A stretch of 64,000 nucleotides of DNA from Deinococcus sp. (GTDB lineage: Bacteria > Deinococcota > Deinococci > Deinococcales > Deinococcaceae): NCBI GenBank assembly GCA_965261005.1, contig OZ253376.1, forward strand, positions 96,001 to 160,000, given 5' to 3'. How positions within the stretch are numbered: the stretch's first letter is position 1; each line of letters opens with the position of its first letter. Below are positions 61,023-64,000 of the stretch, piece by piece. The notes under the pieces are model-generated. The model saw only the letters and a program-made list of their open reading frames with translations. It did no database searches and had not been told where the DNA came from. The translations under genes were made by a program, and so were the position numbers.

Positions 61023-61638
61023 GGGAGACAGGCTTCCGGCGGGCCGGAGGCGTCCGCCCAACCGGCGCGCGCGAACCTACGGCTGGCTGCGCTGGCTGCA
61101 CATCTACACCTCGATGCTGAGCTTACTCATCGTGCTGTTCTTCGCCCTGACCGGCATTACCCTCAACCACCCGGAGTGGACCTTCGGCGGCGCAGAGAAG
61201 CGCCAAGAGGTCAAGGGCACCCTGCCGGCGAACTGGCGCGCGAATGGTCAGGTCAATTGGCTGGCCGTGGTGGAGTATTTGCGCGCTCAGGGGGTACACG
61301 GCGTGGTGGACGATTACCGCAGCGACGCCGGCCAGGGATCGGTCAGCTTCAAGGCGCCCGGCTACGCCGCCGACGCCTTTATCGAGCTGCCGAGCGGCAA
61401 GTACACCCTGACCACCGACGAACAGGGCGCGCTGGCCGTGCTCAACGACTTGCACCGTGGCCGCGACGCGGGCGGCGCTTGGTCGTGGGCGGTGGACCTC
61501 GCCGGCGGCTTTCTGGCCCTGATCGCCTTGACGGGCCTGGGGCTGCTGCTCTTTCTGAAGAAGATTCGCCTCGCCGCGCTGCTCACCTTGCTGGGCGGCG
61601 GCGCCTTGGTGCTGCTGGCGTTGCGGCTGGGCAGCTGA
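61000..61638 (+). CDS. PepSY-associated TM helix protein (start uncertain)
   Basis: [29 protein letters not shown]. Confidence 0.88.
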   Translation: MRTASPPEGDRLPAGRRRPPNRRARTYGWLRWLHIYTSMLSLLIVLFFALTGITLNHPEWTFGGAEKRQEVKGTLPANWRANGQVNWLAVVEYLRAQGVHGVVDDYRSDAGQGSVSFKAPGYAADAFIELPSGKYTLTTDEQGALAVLNDLHRGRDAGGAWSWAVDLAGGFLALIALTGLGLLLFLKKIRLAALLTLLGGGALVLLALRLGS

Positions 61639-61720
61639 GGGCCTGGGCAGTCGAGGGCGTGGGCAGCTGAGGGTTGAGCGTGCCAGAATGCGCGCGAAAG
61701 AACGGGAGGGGCGGTACAGC

Positions 61721-62728
61721 ATGGAACAGCGTTTTTTGGGAAGAACCGGCCTGAAGGTCAGCGAGCTGTGCCTGGGCAGCATGACCTTTGCCCGCGAGGC
61801 CGACGAGCAGACCAGCTTCGCGCTGCTCGACCGCTTCGTGGAGGCGGGCGGCACCTTTATCGATACGGCCGACGTCTACGGAAATGGCGCTTCCGAGACG
61901 ACCGTCGGCCGCTGGCTGAAGGGGCAGCCGCGCGACAACCTGGTGGTGGCGACCAAGGTGCGCTTTCCGATGGGCAGCGGCCCGAACGAGGTGGGGCTGT
62001 CGCGCAAGCACATTCTGGCCGGGGTGGAGGCCAGCCTGAAGCGGCTTCAGACCGACTACCTTGACCTGTACCAGGTGCACTGCTGGGACGCCCGGACGCC
62101 GCTGGAGGAGACTCTCTCCACGCTGAACACGCTGGTAGAGCGCGGCTTGGTGCGCTACGTCGGCGCCAGCAACTTCACCGGCTGGCAGCTGCAAAAGGCG
62201 CTCGACCTGAGCCGCCAGCGCGGCTGGGAAGCGTTCTCCTGCCTGCAACCCCAGTACAACCTGCTGTGCCGCAGCACCGAGTGGGACCTGCTGCCCGTCT
62301 GTGAGGAGGAAGGGCTGGGCGTGATTCCCTGGAGTCCGTTGCGCGGCGGCTGGCTCAGCGGGAAGTTCCGGCGCGGCATGGCCGGCCCCCCGGCCGGCTC
62401 GCGCGTCGAAACGGCCGAGCAACAAGGCTGGGGCGAGTCGTGGAGCAACTACGACAACGAACACACCTGGAAGGTGCTGGACGCGCTGTTCGCCGTGGCG
62501 GGGGAGTGCGGTAAGACCCCGTCCCAGGTGGCCCTCAACTGGCTGCTTCGGCGCCCCGGCGTCACGGCGCCGATTCTGGGCGTGCGGACGCCGGAGCAGC
62601 TGGAGGACAACCTCGGCGCGAGCGGCTGGGCGCTGAGCGCGGAGCAGCTGAAGCAACTCGACGAGGCGAGCGCGCAACCGGCGCCGTACCCGCACGACTT
62701 CATCGCCGACGCCCAGCAAAGACGCTGA
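61721..62728 (+). CDS. Aldo/keto reductase
   Basis: [42 protein letters not shown]. Confidence 0.95.
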   Translation: MEQRFLGRTGLKVSELCLGSMTFAREADEQTSFALLDRFVEAGGTFIDTADVYGNGASETTVGRWLKGQPRDNLVVATKVRFPMGSGPNEVGLSRKHILAGVEASLKRLQTDYLDLYQVHCWDARTPLEETLSTLNTLVERGLVRYVGASNFTGWQLQKALDLSRQRGWEAFSCLQPQYNLLCRSTEWDLLPVCEEEGLGVIPWSPLRGGWLSGKFRRGMAGPPAGSRVETAEQQGWGESWSNYDNEHTWKVLDALFAVAGECGKTPSQVALNWLLRRPGVTAPILGVRTPEQLEDNLGASGWALSAEQLKQLDEASAQPAPYPHDFIADAQQRR

Positions 62729-62802
62729 GGTTTCCAGCGTTCTCCGGGAAAGACTTGGCCCCGCCCAAAGCTGGCCGGCGCGGTCACGGCGTCTCTGTCT
62801 CT

Positions 62803-63441
62803 TCAGCGACCAGCAAGGATGTCCAGCACCCGGGGGCCGTGTACCCCCTCGACGCGGCTCAGCTCGATGTCGGAGGTGGCGCTCGGCCCGCTGATCCAGG
62901 TGAGGGGGCGGCCGGCCAGGACGCCCGCCTCCAAGCCTGCCACGGCCTCGGATAGGCTCCCCACGATTTGGCGTGCGAACACGACGCAGACGTGGTGATC
63001 GGGAATCAGGCTCAGGGCGCGCCGGCCCTGCGCCGCGCCGTGGTCGAGCACGACCGTGCCCGTCTCGGCGATGGCGACCGCGCAGCCCGTCACGACCGCC
63101 TGCACGCCGTCGAGCGCGCGGGTGCTCAGCGCGCCCGCAGGGGGCGTTCCGTCCCGCACCAGGTCCAGCCCGGCGGGCAGCCACGGCGCGGGCAGATCGC
63201 TCGGCACCACCACGCGCCCGCCGCGCCCGGCGAGCAGGCGCGCCACAGCTTCCGGCAACCCGCCTTCGCCGATTCGCACGACGTTGGCGCGGTACTCGGC
63301 GGCGAACTCGGCGAACTGATCGATCACCTCGGCGCGGGGGAGGGGAGAGGGCAGTGCCGGCGACCGTTGAGGTGCCGCGACCCCACGCGCCCCCGCCCGG
63401 TTCACGCGCGTGAGAATATCGAGCCGGGCCTCGCCGCTCCG
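62803..63441 (-). pseudogene. lutC: LutC/YkgG (LUD-domain) gene lacking its start codon
   Basis: AIAETGT, GRRALSL.PD.H, ISGPSATSDIEL.RVEGVHGP; no start codon at the expected junction. Confidence 0.8.
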
Positions 63442-63680
63442 GTCGTCGCGCCCGGGCGCGAGGGGTTCGCCCCCGCTCGTCTGGGCGCACGTCTGGGCGC
63501 AGCTCCGGCTGTGGCCGCGTCCGCCACCACTCCCGAAAGGACTGCCCCGGCAGGGCGGGCAAATCGCGCGCCTCGGTCCAGCCCCCAGCATGCCGGGCAG
63601 GGCGTGGATGGTCCCGTCCCGGACGAGGGGACCCTGTCCGCGCCGCGCCAGCTGGGGGCGCTGCTGGGCCTTCAGACCGT
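63439..63680 (-). pseudogene. lutB: C-terminal remnant of LutB
   Basis: GPLVRDGTIHALPGMLG / WTEARDLPALPGQSFREWW joined across a G-run frameshift near 63585; the upstream part is absent. Confidence 0.7.
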
Positions 63681-64000
63681 ACAGGTGTGCTGACGGCCCC
63701 TATCTAGACAGAACATCACGCACCGGCCATACGCACACACGGGCTATCTTCCGTTCGTCTTCGGTCACGCAAAAGCGGGAATGCCAGCGGGCAACCTGCG
63801 CGCTCAGGGCTTGCAACCTGTTCTGCGTAAGAATAACATGCTGCAAAATTTGCCGCATTCCGCCGAAGCCGTGTTCGTCGGCCACATTCGCAATCTTCAC
63901 CAGGAGCCGCCCATGCCCGTATCTTTTCCAAAGCGGTCGCCCTTCGGTTTTTTGAACGTTTTCGAGGTTCACCATTTCGAGGTTCGCCATGTGGCTTGAA

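Noticed and set aside
63700..63990. 96-aa minus-strand ORF
   Set aside because: No recognisable motif, atypical codon usage and at the window edge; it cannot be supported as a gene.

Overview
High-GC bacterial DNA, most likely a Deinococcus plasmid or chromid. It carries a complete replicon core (rep gene, ~33-bp iteron array, parAB flanked by two perfect palindromes) at 55.3-59.3 kb, and several promoters look like Deinococcus-style leaderless TAnnnT-N5/7-ATG. From left to right: a DUF4157 (eCIS-core) giant protein followed by a tandem array of orphan C-terminus plus putative immunity cassettes; an IS5 remnant; an aromatic-type catabolic cluster with a Liv-type ABC importer and two disrupted genes; an unannotated secreted multi-repeat (GDAGVM) peptide gene divergent from a TPR-wHTH-BTAD regulator, followed by two orphan periplasmic binding proteins and an output-less HAMP protein; a GH3 glucosidase; a 12-kb peptide import and degradation operon; anmK and oxidoreductases; an ApbE-DUF2271-PepSY flavinylation module; and a decayed lutBC. 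The best candidates for an undescribed system are the peptide/TPR-BTAD locus (23.8-26.1 kb, putative peptide communication) and the DUF4157 polymorphic cassette array (1-6.4 kb). All family calls come from motif recognition by eye; no searches were run.
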